Shown here: in pieces, positions 19,325 through 30,637 of the stretch | Layout of the letters: each line of letters opens with the position of its first letter | Numbering within the stretch: position 1 is the stretch's first letter | DNA from: Bdellovibrionales bacterium | Lineage (GTDB): Bacteria > Bdellovibrionota > Bdellovibrionia > Bdellovibrionales > UBA1609 | Direction of reading: 5' to 3' | Assembly (NCBI GenBank): GCA_965219095.1 | Contig: CBDCMT010000001.1 | Coordinates: 2,324,892-2,388,891 of the forward strand | Length of the DNA: 64,000 nucleotides | Notes under the pieces: model-generated | Told to the model about the DNA's origin: nothing | Seen by the model: the letters and a program-made list of their open reading frames with translations, nothing else | Databases searched by the model: none | Position numbers and translations under genes: made by a program

Positions 19325-20992
19325 TTACGGTACAGGGTCTTTGTTTTCATGATCTTCGTAAGAAGATTCCTCGTCATCGTAACTTTTTCTTTTAGGATAA
19401 ACATGATGGCAAGCTAAACTAGAGATTCTTCCATACTCTGTAAGAATATCCATATAAATAGAACTTGTGTTCACAGTCTCTTTTTGTCCTTCTATAAAGC
19501 GAACTAAGTGGTTTTCTCTTGCTTTTTTTTCTTGTTTTCTTATATGCTTTTTTTTATCAAGAATCTCTATTTTTAATTTCTCAGAAGGCTGTTGAAAATA
19601 AGTCAGAGACAGTTGTATAAGAATACAAATTTCCTCATGAATTCTAAACAAGTCAGACTGTCCTTCTTTACTAAACTGAACCTTTAATGTATGTTTTTTT
19701 CTGCATAACCTAGAGATATTCTTATCAATCACATCCGCAATGCTCTCTAAATCACTAGCAAAAAGCAAAACACGAGTCATATCATCAGTTAAACGACCTT
19801 CTTTACTAAAATCGGCTAAGAAGTTATAAACAGCCCCATACAAAAAATCCACCTTGTTATCTTTATCATGTAAATTTTCCTCATAAGATTCGTCATCATC
19901 CATAACAAAATTAATAGAGTGCCTTACCATATCCCCTACAGTATCCCCCATTCTTAAAACTTCTCTCTCAGCATGAGCTAAGGCTACAAAAGGTGAACTG
20001 ATATTTCCTTTGTAGAGATACTTAGGACGTATTTTCCTTTCCTTATAGGAAGGTTGTACAATTTTTTTTATAAGTTTGACACCCACACTTAAAAAAGGAA
20101 ACAACAAAACTGCTGATAAAAAATTAAAAGCCATATTTGCATAAGCTACATAATGACCAGAACGTGAAGGAATGTTTCCAAACAAGTCTACAAAGTAACC
20201 TGTAAAGCTTAAAAAGATTAAAACACTTACTGTTTTGTAAAGCAAATGAGCCCAAGCTACTTGCCTTCCTACAACGTTACTTCCTACAGAAGAAATGAGA
20301 GCTGTAGATGTGGTCCCTATATTAGCCCCATAAATCCAAAATACAGCTTCATAAAGTGTAATTAAATCTGAAGACATTAAGCTGACAGCAAATAAAATCA
20401 CCATAGCACTACTATGAACTAAAATTGTCAAAGCACAGGAAATAAGAACAGTTAAAAGGGGGCTTTCTTTTAAAACAGAGAGAGTTTGTTCAAAAAAAAC
20501 CACATCCTTCATAGCCTCTGTGCTTAAACTGACAAACTCTAAACCCCAGTACATAAGACCAACTCCCATAACAACAGCAAAAATTTTCTTTAAAATCTGT
20601 TGACTTGAGAAAAAATAAACAAAGAAACCTAAACAAAATATACTTAAACCCCATTGTTGAATGTTAAAAGTTAGTATTTGCACGATCAAACTACTGCCCA
20701 CAGCCGTCCCTATAACTACACCCATCACTCGCTTTAAACTAATCACACCTGCAGAACCTAGGCCTACTAAAACAGATGTAATAGCTCCTGAACTTTGAAA
20801 GATAAAAGTGATAAGAATTCCTGAAATAAAACTAAAAATAGGTTTGTGTGTAAAGTGAACTAAAAAATCCCTTATAGTATTCGAAGCAAAACTTTGCAAA
20901 TTATCACTGACAAAAGAAATTCCCAATAAAAAAAGAGCTGTCCCTGAAAGAATAAAAATAAAAATAGAATGAGTCTCTAATAAATTTATCAC
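19325..20992 (-). CDS. Na+/phosphate symporter (NptA/YjbB family)
   Basis: FQSSGAIT and VHSSAM repeats, GANIGTT, cytoplasmic PhoU-like C-terminus. Confidence 0.9.
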   Translation of the reverse strand: MINLLETHSIFIFILSGTALFLLGISFVSDNLQSFASNTIRDFLVHFTHKPIFSFISGILITFIFQSSGAITSVLVGLGSAGVISLKRVMGVVIGTAVGSSLIVQILTFNIQQWGLSIFCLGFFVYFFSSQQILKKIFAVVMGVGLMYWGLEFVSLSTEAMKDVVFFEQTLSVLKESPLLTVLISCALTILVHSSAMVILFAVSLMSSDLITLYEAVFWIYGANIGTTSTALISSVGSNVVGRQVAWAHLLYKTVSVLIFLSFTGYFVDLFGNIPSRSGHYVAYANMAFNFLSAVLLFPFLSVGVKLIKKIVQPSYKERKIRPKYLYKGNISSPFVALAHAEREVLRMGDTVGDMVRHSINFVMDDDESYEENLHDKDNKVDFLYGAVYNFLADFSKEGRLTDDMTRVLLFASDLESIADVIDKNISRLCRKKHTLKVQFSKEGQSDLFRIHEEICILIQLSLTYFQQPSEKLKIEILDKKKHIRKQEKKARENHLVRFIEGQKETVNTSSIYMDILTEYGRISSLACHHVYPKRKSYDDEESSYEDHENKDPVP

Positions 20993-20998
20993 TTTCTC

Positions 20999-22024
20999 CT
21001 AAGAAAGAATTGAGTATACAAACTCTAAAGGATGAAAGGCACTTAAGTCCTCTATCTTTTCCCCTATACCAATAGCTTTTATAGGAAGTTTATACTCAGA
21101 CTCTAAGCCTAATGCAACACCACCTTTTGCGGAACCATCCAGTTTAGTTAAAATCACTCCTGTCAAATCTAAAATTTCATGGAACTTCTGTGTCTGCACT
21201 AAAGCATTTTGTCCTGAATTAGCATCTAGAACTTGTAAAATCTCTTCGGGAGCATTTTTAAAAACTTTTTGAATCACACGTTTTGATTTCTCCAACTCAC
21301 GTATCAAAGGCTCTTGGGTATGAAGTCTTCCTGCCGTATCCACAATCACAAGATCATAAGAGATTTTTTTAGCCCTCTGACAGCCGTCAAAAATCACAGC
21401 TGAAGGATCTTTAACTCCCAGAGGATTGAACAGTTCAGCATGAGCTCTCTTAGTCCACACTTCAAGCTGACTTTCTGCTGCGGATCGAAAGCGATCTCCT
21501 GCAATCACCAAAGTTTTCAAGCCTTTCTGACACGCTTGAAACGCTAATTTTCCAATAGTTGTAGTCTTTCCCACTCCATTGACTCCTACAATCATCCAAA
21601 CAAATGTTGTAGAGCCTTTCTTAGGAAAAAGTAAATCCCTTTCAGATTTTTGAAAAGCCTCTAACATATAATGCCTTAAAGACTCTTTAAGCTCATTAAA
21701 GTTACAAAAAGGCACTTCAGAGTTTTTAAAACGAAGACTTTCCACAATACGTTCCACTGTTTTAACTCCCAAATCACTTGTATAAAGAATCTCTTCTAAT
21801 TCATCAAGTTCTACCGAAGAAAACTTAAAAGAACCTGAAAAAACTTTTTTTACACGTCCAAAAAAATGCTCTCTTGTACAATTCAAAGCTTCCTCTAAAG
21901 AATGAGGCTTTGAATCAAATGTCTTTTCTTTAAAATAAAATCGAAAAAAATAATAGAGGCCACTAGCTAAAAGACCTAACAAAACTAAAACGAGAACAAC
22001 CAAAAAAAGTTTCGACTCTATCAT
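20999..22024 (-). CDS. ftsY: Signal recognition particle receptor FtsY
   Basis: GVNGVGKTTTIGKLA, DTAGRLH, TKLDGSAKGG. Confidence 0.97.
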   Translation of the reverse strand: MIESKLFLVVLVLVLLGLLASGLYYFFRFYFKEKTFDSKPHSLEEALNCTREHFFGRVKKVFSGSFKFSSVELDELEEILYTSDLGVKTVERIVESLRFKNSEVPFCNFNELKESLRHYMLEAFQKSERDLLFPKKGSTTFVWMIVGVNGVGKTTTIGKLAFQACQKGLKTLVIAGDRFRSAAESQLEVWTKRAHAELFNPLGVKDPSAVIFDGCQRAKKISYDLVIVDTAGRLHTQEPLIRELEKSKRVIQKVFKNAPEEILQVLDANSGQNALVQTQKFHEILDLTGVILTKLDGSAKGGVALGLESEYKLPIKAIGIGEKIEDLSAFHPLEFVYSILS

Positions 22025-22027
22025 TTT

Positions 22028-25000
22028 TTAAATAGATGCTTCTTGGGAATTTATTTTTTTATTTTGAGAAAATTCTTCAGTCCATTTCTCAGCTGCTTCA
22101 AGTTCTACAGAAACTAATTTGGAAACACCTTTTTCTTCCATGGTTACACCATAAATCTTATCTATCACTTTCATAGTGTATTTATTATGAGTGATAAGGA
22201 TCACTTGGCTACGTTTAGCCATTTGTTTTACCAAATCATTAAACCTCATAACATTGACATCATCCAAAGGAGCATCCACTTCATCTAAAAGACAAAAAGG
22301 AGAAGGTTTAATAAGAAAGATGGAGAAAATAAGAGAAATAGCTGTAAGAGCTTTTTCTCCCCCGGAAAGAAGACTAATGTTTTGTAGCTTTTTACCCTCA
22401 GGTTGTGCTTCAATACCAATTCCCGGTTCATGAGGGTTTTCTAGATTCTCAACCAAACAAAGTCTTGCTCTCCCGCCATCGAATAAAATAGGAAAAACCT
22501 CTTGGAATTTTTTGTTAATTTTCTCATAGGACTCTTTAAATCTTCGAGTACAAACTTTATCAATCTCTTCTATAACCTTATTCAATTTATTTTTCGACTC
22601 CACAAGATCCTCATACTGCTTCTCTAAAAACTCATACCTCTCCTTAGTCTCCTCACGCTCTTTAAAAGCCACCAAATTTACCTCTCCTATCTGAGCTAAC
22701 TGTTTTTTTAGTTTAATAACCTCTTCAGCAATTTCATTTTGATTATAGTCTTGTGTACAAAGATAAGCTCTTTCAGATAAATTAATAGAGTATTTTTCTT
22801 CTGTTTGCTCTATTAAATGTTGCATCTTCATTTGAGCCTGCTCCTGTCTTAAATTGAATTCATTAAGTTTAGATTGAAAGTGAGACAAACTTTTACCCTC
22901 CTCATAAATTTCATCTTCTAGAAGACGACACTCTTGGGAGGTTTTTTCATACCTCTCCCTAGCTTGAAAAAAGAGTGTTTCAGCTTTCTTTGCCATACCA
23001 ATCAATCCATCAAGTTTTGACTGAATATTTTTAATGTCTTGATTCCTCATAAAACAAGTCTCTTTGTTTTTCTTTGACTTCGTCTGCAAATCATTCAAAC
23101 GAAACAAGACCTGTTCAAAATCTTTTTTAGATTTAAAAATTTGTGTTTCCAAATGGTTCTTTTTTTCCTCATAAGACATTTTGCGAAGTTCAAGATCATT
23201 AAGAGTTTTCTGATCTGAATGGAGTTTAGCTTTCAATGTTTGACAAGCTAAAACTAGAGATTCCTTCTCCTTTTCAAAAGTGTTTATCGTTTCTTCTATT
23301 TGAAATAAAGATTTGCGGTCCTTTTCGATTTTGTTTAACAAAGAATCAAATTTAGCTTTCTGATCACTCATTTCCGATTCTTCTATAGAGTAGTGCTTCT
23401 GCATGTCTATTAATGCTTTATCTAACAGTTCCATATCTTTTTTTAATGACACAGTTTCAAGATCATTATCAGACTGCAATTTTTTTAGATTTTCTTTCTC
23501 TTGTGCCAATTTACGTTCTTCTGCCTTAAGTTTTTTAAACTTTTCGTTCATAAGATTCATATGAGTTTCAAGCCTATTTTTCTCAACTAAAAGTTCTTTG
23601 ATCTTTCTTTTTCTTCTCAAAAGCCCGCCCTCATTTTCTTTTTGAAAACCTCCCGTTAAAACTCCACTGGAGTGAAGCTTTTCCCCCTCTAAGGTAACAA
23701 AAGTACACTCAGGACAGGAATCTCTTAGACGAAAGGAATCATCTAATGAAGTAACAACAACAATGTTCCTTAACAAATAGGAAACTTGAGAAAGGGATGT
23801 GTTTTTTACTTGCTCTGAAAGAAAGGCTACAAATCCAGAATCCCCTCTTAAGGAACGATACCCTTCTTGATCATCTTTTAGTTGTTTCATCATGTCCTGA
23901 GACAAAAAACTGCAACGCCCTAGCTTTTCTGTCTTCAAATGCTTTAAAGCTTCCAAAGAATCATCCAAAGAATCTGCTAAAAGAATTTGCAGAGCATCGT
24001 TCAAAGTACATTCTACTGCTTTTTCAAATTTCTGAGGAACTTCTAAATCTTGTAAAAGAGGAGTGAAGTCTTTTTTATTTTCCATTTTTCCTCCTAAAAT
24101 GTACCTTGCACCTTTTTCAAAGCCCTCAAAAGCCTCTTGAAGACTTTCAAGCCCAAAGAGTTGACCTGAAACTTCATTGTGCTTTTTCTTAAAACCATCT
24201 AACTCATTGATACTCTCATGCACTTCAGATTCAATTTTTGAAATGTCAACATCATAAACTTTAGAGTCATTTAAAATTTCTAAACGCATTTGTTTTACTT
24301 TTTCTAATTTAGAAATACATTTTTTTTTCTTATAAGACCATGCCTCTCGTTCTTCAAAGTAGCTTTTTAATTTCTCTTCTTTTTCAGAAAGGAAAGCTTT
24401 TTTCTCACTTAAAAGAGCCTCTTGACCTTCAATTTTTGCTTTCAAATGAGAGCGCCTTTCTGTATGAGAAGCTATATCACTTTTAAGTGCTTCTAAACAA
24501 TCCTCTTTTTTAGAAACTTCTTTTTCATAAGAAAGGAAGCTTTCTTTTTGTCTACCATAATCTTCTAAAAAAAACTCTTCTCTATGAAGACTTTCTTGTT
24601 TTTGAAGAAGCTGTTTTTTCTCTTCTTCTAACTCCTTTTTTTTCAAATCCTCATCTTGAAAAAAAGACATATTCACTTGTTCATCTCTTTCAGCCTGCTT
24701 CATCTCAAATTCAAGTTCACGAAGCTCTTTTTCCTTTTGAACAACAGTTTGTCTTAGGGTCTCAAGCTCTTCTTGCTTTGTGTGAAGATCTCTTTCTTTC
24801 TCCCCTACTACATGCTTTAAAGACTCTACTTTCATTTGCCTTGTGTTGTGTTCTGCTAACTGACCCTCTTCTTTTTCTTTGTAAACATTCCACTCTTTTT
24901 GACTTTCTTCTAATTCTTTCTTCAACTGCAAGAACTTCTGAGAATTAAGCCAAATTTCTTTTTCTTCTAGTTTAGTTTTTATATCTCTATATTTCTCAGC

Positions 25001-25642
25001 CTTTTGGCTTTGTCTTTCCAGACTTGCAAGCTGCCTTTTCTGTTCTGATAAGATATCCTGTAAACGAATTAAATTCTCTTCGGTAGATTTAAGCTTTCTT
25101 TCTGATTCCTTTTTACGCACTCTAAACTTTGTGATCCCTGCAGCCTCTTCAATTAAAACTCTTCTTTCTTCAGGTTTTGCCGTAACTACATAACTAACGG
25201 CCCCTTGTTCAATAATACTAAAACCCTTGGCCCCAGCACCTGTATCCATAAACACTTCATGAATATCTCTTAGAAGAACTGGTTGATTGTTAATCAGATA
25301 CTCACTCTCACCGTTACGATGAAGACGTCTTGTAATCACCATTTCACTTAAGCGAGAATACGCTGCAGGAAAAGGTCCTCCATCATTTTCTAAAAACAAA
25401 CTTACTTCAGCAAAACCCGAAGAAGCATAATTTTCTGAACCCATAAAAATGAGATCACTCATAGACTGGCCTCGTAGGTGCTTAGCCGACATCTCTCCCA
25501 TCACCCATAAAATAGCATCTACAATGTTGCTTTTTCCACAACCATTAGGCCCTACGACACCTGTAATTGTGGGATGAAAGTAAACAAAAGTCTTATCTTT
25601 AAAGGACTTAAACCCTATAGCCTCTAATTTTTGAACTCTCAT
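22028..25642 (-). CDS. smc: Chromosome segregation protein SMC
   Basis: GFKSF, GPNGCGKSN, coiled coils, hinge (GEKLHSSGVLTGG), LSGGEKA, LLDEVDAPLD. Confidence 0.97.
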   Translation of the reverse strand: MRVQKLEAIGFKSFKDKTFVYFHPTITGVVGPNGCGKSNIVDAILWVMGEMSAKHLRGQSMSDLIFMGSENYASSGFAEVSLFLENDGGPFPAAYSRLSEMVITRRLHRNGESEYLINNQPVLLRDIHEVFMDTGAGAKGFSIIEQGAVSYVVTAKPEERRVLIEEAAGITKFRVRKKESERKLKSTEENLIRLQDILSEQKRQLASLERQSQKAEKYRDIKTKLEEKEIWLNSQKFLQLKKELEESQKEWNVYKEKEEGQLAEHNTRQMKVESLKHVVGEKERDLHTKQEELETLRQTVVQKEKELRELEFEMKQAERDEQVNMSFFQDEDLKKKELEEEKKQLLQKQESLHREEFFLEDYGRQKESFLSYEKEVSKKEDCLEALKSDIASHTERRSHLKAKIEGQEALLSEKKAFLSEKEEKLKSYFEEREAWSYKKKKCISKLEKVKQMRLEILNDSKVYDVDISKIESEVHESINELDGFKKKHNEVSGQLFGLESLQEAFEGFEKGARYILGGKMENKKDFTPLLQDLEVPQKFEKAVECTLNDALQILLADSLDDSLEALKHLKTEKLGRCSFLSQDMMKQLKDDQEGYRSLRGDSGFVAFLSEQVKNTSLSQVSYLLRNIVVVTSLDDSFRLRDSCPECTFVTLEGEKLHSSGVLTGGFQKENEGGLLRRKRKIKELLVEKNRLETHMNLMNEKFKKLKAEERKLAQEKENLKKLQSDNDLETVSLKKDMELLDKALIDMQKHYSIEESEMSDQKAKFDSLLNKIEKDRKSLFQIEETINTFEKEKESLVLACQTLKAKLHSDQKTLNDLELRKMSYEEKKNHLETQIFKSKKDFEQVLFRLNDLQTKSKKNKETCFMRNQDIKNIQSKLDGLIGMAKKAETLFFQARERYEKTSQECRLLEDEIYEEGKSLSHFQSKLNEFNLRQEQAQMKMQHLIEQTEEKYSINLSERAYLCTQDYNQNEIAEEVIKLKKQLAQIGEVNLVAFKEREETKERYEFLEKQYEDLVESKNKLNKVIEEIDKVCTRRFKESYEKINKKFQEVFPILFDGGRARLCLVENLENPHEPGIGIEAQPEGKKLQNISLLSGGEKALTAISLIFSIFLIKPSPFCLLDEVDAPLDDVNVMRFNDLVKQMAKRSQVILITHNKYTMKVIDKIYGVTMEEKGVSKLVSVELEAAEKWTEEFSQNKKINSQEASI

Positions 25643-26089
25643 TCTCTAACCTCCTTGTAAAGTCAAACCTAGTTCTAAAGTTTAAAGTACAACTTAGGAT
25701 AAGAAAACCAACTCACACAGTTTAAACCAATATGGTAAAAAAAGAAATGCTTAAAAAAGCTTCTCTGGCTTCAATTATAGCTATTTTAACGCATAGAGAT
25801 GTAAATTCCTTATCTCAAAAGAACAACAGCACCTGAAAATCTCATCAAAATGATAAAAGCACTTAGATGTTATGATCTGACAGTTACCTTGAATCCAAAC
25901 TGACTCCATGATCCTTACCGTCTTTTTCCCATTCGACTTTTTTGTAACTCTAGTGGACATACAAAAAGCTTAAACAATTCTAACTGTCTTGTAAAATGGG
26001 CTAGGGTCACAGGAATCACCAAAAACCCCCTTTTTTCGGCCTCAAATAAAAGCTATGACTAAATAAACTCAAAAAAAGTTTTTATAACA

Positions 26090-26236
26090 TGTGTTGTGTC
26101 GAAGCCAGGAAAAGAGTAGTTCAAATCAGAGTTATAAAAGAAAGGCGAAGTCCTTTTTATCCAAAAATGCTCGTTATGCTCATACAAGGAAGATACGTTT
26201 GGCTAAAAAGCAACAGAGGAAGCTTCGTACGTTGAT
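26090..26236 (+). pseudogene. IS5-family transposase fragment
   Basis: QSYKRKAKSFLSKNARYAHTRKIRLAKKQQRKLRT resembles the IS5 QSY..RYAHAKQ.KR...KLRT segment. Confidence 0.6.
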
Positions 26237-26254
26237 CTTTCCCCCAAAAAATCA

Positions 26255-26313
26255 GTTACACAATTTAATTTACAGGCTCAATTTAATTTACAAGCTCCTC
26301 TGATTTACAGGCT
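26255..26313 (+). repeat. Short tandem repeat, ~18-bp unit CAATTTAATTTACAGGCT x2-3, with dispersed copies
   Basis: Related copies at 43912-43953 and split by IS1634 at 36882-36899/38588-38597. Confidence 0.75.
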
Positions 26314-26542
26314 CAAAGTTCATGATTTTCTTAGGGATTAAAAAAACTTTCCCCGAATGACATCTAAAAAAATCATAAAAATACTTTTTTACGTTCGACT
26401 AACCTAACTTTTGGCAATTTTTCACGTTCGACTAACTATGAAATTACATATTTTTTATAGTTACTTACTGCATCAATCTAGGACGCTAAAATGTGTCGTA
26501 CTGGTATAAAGTTGGGTGTTTTTTCCTAAAGCCTTAAAAATT

Positions 26543-26847
26543 TCAAATCTCAGGAAAATAGGCTTGAAAATAGTCTTTCCCTGAAGTCAACCCAACACTG
26601 CTAAAGTCCTTCTTCCAGTGATGGACTGTTGAACTGCTGATTCCTGTTTTTTTACAAAATTGAGAAACTTTCATGTTTTCTTTCTTTAAGAAAATTAGAA
26701 TCTTCTTTTTAAGCTCTTTGGAGTAATGAACCGACCTCTTGTTCCTACTCCTTTGATGATGGCACTCAATTTTTTCCTTTAACAAATCTAAACCCTCTGA
26801 CATATGCGAAATTAAATCTGTATAGGACTGTCAAAAAACCGAGTTAC
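26543..26847 (-). mobile_element. IS66-family left-end remnant with TnpA-like HTH ORF (26543-26803)
   Basis: Terminus GTAACTCGGTTT at 26847. YSKELKKKIL...VSQFCKKTGISSSTVHHWKK HTH. Confidence 0.7.
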
Positions 26848-26862
26848 CTATTTTTAGTATTT

Positions 26863-28845
26863 TTATGTTGTAATAGGATCTGGCTCTCCTAAAGATCCTT
26901 TTTTCTTTTCTAACCTCTTGGTCTGTTTTTTCTTCCTAGATCTAGAGGTTTTTAGTTTTTGCTTTTTATTTTCCTTTTCTCTTTGAGAAGTCAACTTCTC
27001 TCTTTCATTTTCAAGCTCTTCTACTCCAGCACCCTTTGAGACCTTATCGATCTCCTCCCCTGTTAAAGTTTCTAATTTTAAAAGAGCTAAAGAAAGATTG
27101 TCTAAAATGGTTCTTTTTTTTGTCAAAATATCTTTAGCCACTGTATAAGCATCACTTAAAAACTTGTTGACAAGAAGATCAATTTCTTGAGCCTTCGCTT
27201 CAGAGTAGGTCTTCTTTTTTTGCTGTTGAAGACCTAAGAACACAGGTCCATCGTTTTCTTCTAAGGCGATAGGACCTAAATCACTCATACCCCATTCACA
27301 AACCATACTGCGAGCTAAAGAAGTGGCCTTTTTAATGTCATCACTAGCACCTGTTGTATAATCTCCAAAAACAATTTCTTCAGCAGCTCTTCCCCCAAAT
27401 AAAAAACTTAATAAATTCACAGCCTTCTTTTTAGATACATTAAGAGTCTCTTTTTCCTGTATTGTTTGTGTGAGACCTAAAGCCATACCCCTAGGAATAA
27501 TAGTCACTTTATGAATCGGATCTAAATGCTCCAAACTTTTCCCCACTAAAGTATGTCCTGCCTCATGATAGGCTGTGACTTTGCGATCCTCTTCACTGAT
27601 GATCATAGATTTCCTTTCAGAACCCATAAGAACTTTATCTTTAGCTTTTTCAAAATCATCCATATCCACCTTATGTTTATCAAACCGAGCCGCCATAAGA
27701 GCTGCTTCATTGACAAGATTAGCTAAATCAGCACCTGAAAAACCAGGAGTTCCTAAAGCCAAAGTTTTTAAATTCACATCCGAAGTTAAGGGGACTTTTT
27801 TAACATGCACTTTTAAAATTGCTTCCCTTCCTTTTAAATCAGGTTTATTGACAACAACTCTTCTGTCAAATCGTCCTGGTCTTAAAAGTGCAGGATCTAA
27901 AACATCAGGACGGTTTGTAGCAGCAATAAGAATAACACCTTTAGAACTTTCAAAACCATCCATCTCCACAAGGAGCTGATTTAAAGTTTGCTCTCTTTCA
28001 TCATGGCCTCCCCCCATACCAGCTCCTCGGTGTCTTCCGACAGCATCGATTTCATCCATAAAGATGATACAAGGAGCTTGCCTTTTTCCTTGTTCAAACA
28101 GATCGCGTACACGACTGGCTCCTACGCCTACAAACATCTCTACAAAGTCTGAACCTGAAATCGTTAAAAAAGGAGCATTTGCCTCTCCTGCCACAGCTCT
28201 TGCCAAAAGAGTCTTTCCTGTACCAGGACTACCTACCAATAAAACACCTTTAGGAATTTTACCCCCTAAACGACTAATTTTTTTAGGACTCTTCAAGAAC
28301 TCTACAATCTCCTGCAAATCCTCTTTAGCTTCATCCAAGCCCGCTACATCTTTAAAAGACACTTTCTTCTTATCTTGAGGAGAAAAAAGACGTGCTTTAC
28401 TCTTTCCAAAACTAAAAGCCTTTCCTCCACCTGCTTGAATTTGACGTATGAAGAAAACAAACATAGCAACAATAATGATTAAAGGAAGCCAGTTAATAAA
28501 AATGTTCATAAAAATAGAGTTTTCCGAAGTTTTGTACTTAGGTGTCAAACCATATTTTCGAACAAGTTTAAATCCTTCTGTTCCTGTGTTTCCTTTAATA
28601 GAGAAATTTGTAGCCTTGTTATATTGATCAGAAAATTCCTTTTTGATAGTTCCTGTGATCTCCTGTGTTCCTTCATTAAAAGTAACACTTTCTATCTGGT
28701 CTTTTTCTAAAGCCTGTAAAAACTTAGGGTAGTTAAAGTCAGAAATAGTTTGCTTCTTTCTTTTTTCATAAACTTGAAAAATCAAAAAAGCTGAAATAAT
28801 GATCAGAAGCCAAAAAGCTAAAGTTTTTTGTGAAGAAGAATTCAT
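26863..28845 (-). CDS. ftsH: ATP-dependent zinc metalloprotease FtsH
   Basis: Two TM helices, [11 protein letters not shown] motif [14 protein letters not shown] zinc motif. Confidence 0.98.
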   Translation of the reverse strand: MNSSSQKTLAFWLLIIISAFLIFQVYEKRKKQTISDFNYPKFLQALEKDQIESVTFNEGTQEITGTIKKEFSDQYNKATNFSIKGNTGTEGFKLVRKYGLTPKYKTSENSIFMNIFINWLPLIIIVAMFVFFIRQIQAGGGKAFSFGKSKARLFSPQDKKKVSFKDVAGLDEAKEDLQEIVEFLKSPKKISRLGGKIPKGVLLVGSPGTGKTLLARAVAGEANAPFLTISGSDFVEMFVGVGASRVRDLFEQGKRQAPCIIFMDEIDAVGRHRGAGMGGGHDEREQTLNQLLVEMDGFESSKGVILIAATNRPDVLDPALLRPGRFDRRVVVNKPDLKGREAILKVHVKKVPLTSDVNLKTLALGTPGFSGADLANLVNEAALMAARFDKHKVDMDDFEKAKDKVLMGSERKSMIISEEDRKVTAYHEAGHTLVGKSLEHLDPIHKVTIIPRGMALGLTQTIQEKETLNVSKKKAVNLLSFLFGGRAAEEIVFGDYTTGASDDIKKATSLARSMVCEWGMSDLGPIALEENDGPVFLGLQQQKKKTYSEAKAQEIDLLVNKFLSDAYTVAKDILTKKRTILDNLSLALLKLETLTGEEIDKVSKGAGVEELENEREKLTSQREKENKKQKLKTSRSRKKKQTKRLEKKKGSLGEPDPITT

Positions 28846-28946
28846 AACTTAATTATACCACCTTTCTATTTTCAGAGCAAACTTTAAGAACCTGTCTTTT
28901 ACGACTCACCTCTTATATAAAAGTAAAACATATTCTCTATTCCAAA

Positions 28947-29876
28947 TTAACACAAAACCGCTTGAATGGTTTTAGGTCCTAAAATCCACTTTCTCCCTAA
29001 CATATAAAAATCATCACACTTTTGAGCCTTTGTTTCAAGTCTTTTTAACAGTTCTTCTACATGACTTGCTCCATAATTTTTAAGATTTAAGCTTTTCATA
29101 TAAGCTATAAGAAGCCTCTTTTTTTGTCCGTAAGAGAGCTTATAAAAACTTTCTTTTTCAATCCCTTGTTCAAAACAAAAAAAAGGAGTAGAGTAGCTTT
29201 CAGATAAAATCTCAAAAGACTGGGCTAACCTCTTGACAGAACCTGGTTTATAAGTTTCTAAATCAAAAAGCCATTTATGGCGAATCCAATTGCGAAAGAA
29301 TTTCAAATCTTTGTTAGAGGGATCCTCTTTGTAAGGTATGTTTTTTTTCTCTATATAAATTTTAATGTCTTCAAGACTTCTTGAAAGAAAAGGTCTTAAA
29401 AGTTTTTCTTTTAAGACTTTCATAGAACTAAAACCATCGCTTCCTACACCTCTTATCAAACGCAAGAGGCGTGTTTCTAACAAGTCTTGGCTGTGATGTG
29501 CTATAACTAAAAACCCCCTTTCCCTCCACTTGTTAAAGCAAAAATAACGAAAATGTCTTAAATCTTGTTCACTAAAAACCGGAGGAGGAGATAAAGTAAA
29601 GGCTCTACTATCATAATTAGAAATAAAGGGAATATGAAACTGTTCACAAACCCTCCTAACTAGTTTATAAGATTCCTCTCTGTATTCTTTGTTAGAATGG
29701 AAACCATGGTGTACGAAGGCGACTGAAAAAGAAAACTTCAAAACGCCCTTTAAAGTTTGAAAAACATAAAGCAAAGCCATAGAATCCTTTCCTCCCGATA
29801 CTCCTAATAAAAAGGACTCTTTTTCAAGATGATTCTTTTTTAAAAGATCTAAAGTGCGATGTTCTAAGTTCTCCAT
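28947..29876 (-). CDS. tilS: tRNA(Ile)-lysidine synthase
   Basis: GVSGGKDSMALL PP-loop, AHHSQDLLET, EDPSN...RNWIRH. Lies upstream of ftsH. Confidence 0.93.
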   Translation of the reverse strand: MENLEHRTLDLLKKNHLEKESFLLGVSGGKDSMALLYVFQTLKGVLKFSFSVAFVHHGFHSNKEYREESYKLVRRVCEQFHIPFISNYDSRAFTLSPPPVFSEQDLRHFRYFCFNKWRERGFLVIAHHSQDLLETRLLRLIRGVGSDGFSSMKVLKEKLLRPFLSRSLEDIKIYIEKKNIPYKEDPSNKDLKFFRNWIRHKWLFDLETYKPGSVKRLAQSFEILSESYSTPFFCFEQGIEKESFYKLSYGQKKRLLIAYMKSLNLKNYGASHVEELLKRLETKAQKCDDFYMLGRKWILGPKTIQAVLC

Positions 29877-29893
29877 AATCTCTTTAACAGTGG

Positions 29894-30616
29894 TTATAAA
29901 ATCTGACTTAAAAACTCTTTTGTTCTCTTGTGTTTAGGAGATGTAAAAAAAACTTCAGGAGGGGCTTTTTCCACAATACACCCTTCGTCCATAAAAATGA
30001 TTTCATCGGCCACCTCCCTTGCAAAGCCCATTTCATGGGTGACACAAACCATAGTCATTCCTTTCTGTCCTAATTCTTTCATCACTTCTAAAACCTCTTT
30101 TACCATTTCGGGATCTAAGGCTGAAGTAGGCTCATCAAAAAGCATAACTTTCGGATTCATACAAAGACTCCTAGCAATAGCCACCCTTTGTTTTTGTCCT
30201 CCTGAAAGCTGCCCTGGGTATTTTTGAGCTTGTTCCGCAATTTTAACCACCCTTAAGTAGTTCATAGCCACCTCTTTTGCTTCCTTTAAAGACTTTTTTT
30301 TGACCCACACAGGAGCTAAGGTTAAATTCTCTAAGATTGTCAGATGAGGAAACAAATTAAAGTGTTGAAAAACCATACCCACTTCTTCTCTGATTTTAGA
30401 AATATTTTTAACATTATCTGTCAGTTCAAGACCACCCACAAAAATTTGTCCCTTTTGATGGACTTCCAATCGGTTCACACAACGAATCAGTGTTGACTTT
30501 CCTGATCCACTAGGACCGCAGACAACAACCTTTTTCCCTTTTTTAACTTCTAAGTCAATATCCTTTAAGACATGAAAATCACCAAACCATTTGTTAACCT
30601 TTTTTAATACAATCAC
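29894..30616 (-). CDS. aapP: Amino acid ABC transporter ATP-binding protein
   Basis: [29 protein letters not shown]. Confidence 0.9.
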   Translation of the reverse strand: MIVLKKVNKWFGDFHVLKDIDLEVKKGKKVVVCGPSGSGKSTLIRCVNRLEVHQKGQIFVGGLELTDNVKNISKIREEVGMVFQHFNLFPHLTILENLTLAPVWVKKKSLKEAKEVAMNYLRVVKIAEQAQKYPGQLSGGQKQRVAIARSLCMNPKVMLFDEPTSALDPEMVKEVLEVMKELGQKGMTMVCVTHEMGFAREVADEIIFMDEGCIVEKAPPEVFFTSPKHKRTKEFLSQIL

Positions 30617-30637
30617 ATCACACTCCTTTTTAATTTT

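Noticed and set aside
26091-26303. 70-aa ORF as a real gene
   Set aside because: It is an IS5 transposase scrap running into the tandem repeat.
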